Made by a program: the position numbers and the translations under genes. The notes under the pieces were generated by a model that ran no database searches, had not been told where the DNA came from, and saw only the letters and a list, made by a program, of their open reading frames with translations. Positions 55,601 through 55,643 of a DNA stretch of 55,643 nucleotides are shown here, piece after piece (positions within the stretch are counted from its first letter, which is position 1; each line of letters opens with the position of its first letter). Source of the DNA: a virus (Duplodnaviria; Caudoviricetes); the IMG/VR virus record IMGVR_UViG_3300032331_001807, positions 1 through 55,643 of that record. One strand, given 5' to 3'.

Positions 55601-55643
55601 GTTACACCACACCCACCGTCTCCGTGGGGAGAGCATGACCACC
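55601..55643 (+). repeat. second copy of the 43-bp repeat; next gene starts at 55635
   Basis: Identical to 55047-55089. Confidence 0.9.

Noticed and set aside
1-55643. Genome-wide TAG recoding
   Set aside because: Only one gene is interrupted by TAG; other TAGs end genes cleanly and long genes contain no internal ambers
49560-55643. Repeated GGTTAC...CGTGG elements as a CRISPR array or integron attC sites
   Set aside because: Variable 17-nt interior, fixed distance to start codons and no palindromic attC structure; they fit promoters

Overview
This GC-rich window is best read as a 55.6-kb slice of a large tailed bacteriophage genome, probably a jumbo phage. I found no rRNA, tRNA, CRISPR array or integrase. 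All family assignments come from motifs read by eye, not from database searches. Layout: (1) 1-19 kb is a replication/recombination block: split SbcC/Rad50, SbcD, beta clamp, Cas4-like nuclease, RecA, RuvC, SSB, RecD2, class II RNR, delta/delta' clamp-loader subunits and SpeD. (2) 19-28 kb holds accessory genes and two sigma-like genes. (3) 28-41 kb holds an endolysin, a baseplate spike, a C39-peptidase polyprotein and fibre proteins. (4) 41-49 kb holds a GroEL-like chaperonin, a Dps-like fusion, a SET-domain protein and a run of proteins sharing a leader. (5) 49-55.6 kb holds short early-type genes, most behind a repeated promoter. Most interesting observations: (a) an FGE-sulfatase/C-type-lectin gene that stops before its ligand-binding C-terminal segment, while five separate mini-genes each encode a different version of that segment, two of them with DGR-like NNC codon footprints; (b) a ~28-aa leader (LRSKVIRLAHQQPxLRPHLLPLLK-x-A) shared by 7-8 unrelated proteins, which suggests capsid targeting plus [KR]-x-A processing; (c) three upstream motif classes that partition genes by function, alongside three sigma-like genes. 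One sigma-like gene carries the leader (possibly virion-delivered) and one is interrupted by an in-frame amber codon.
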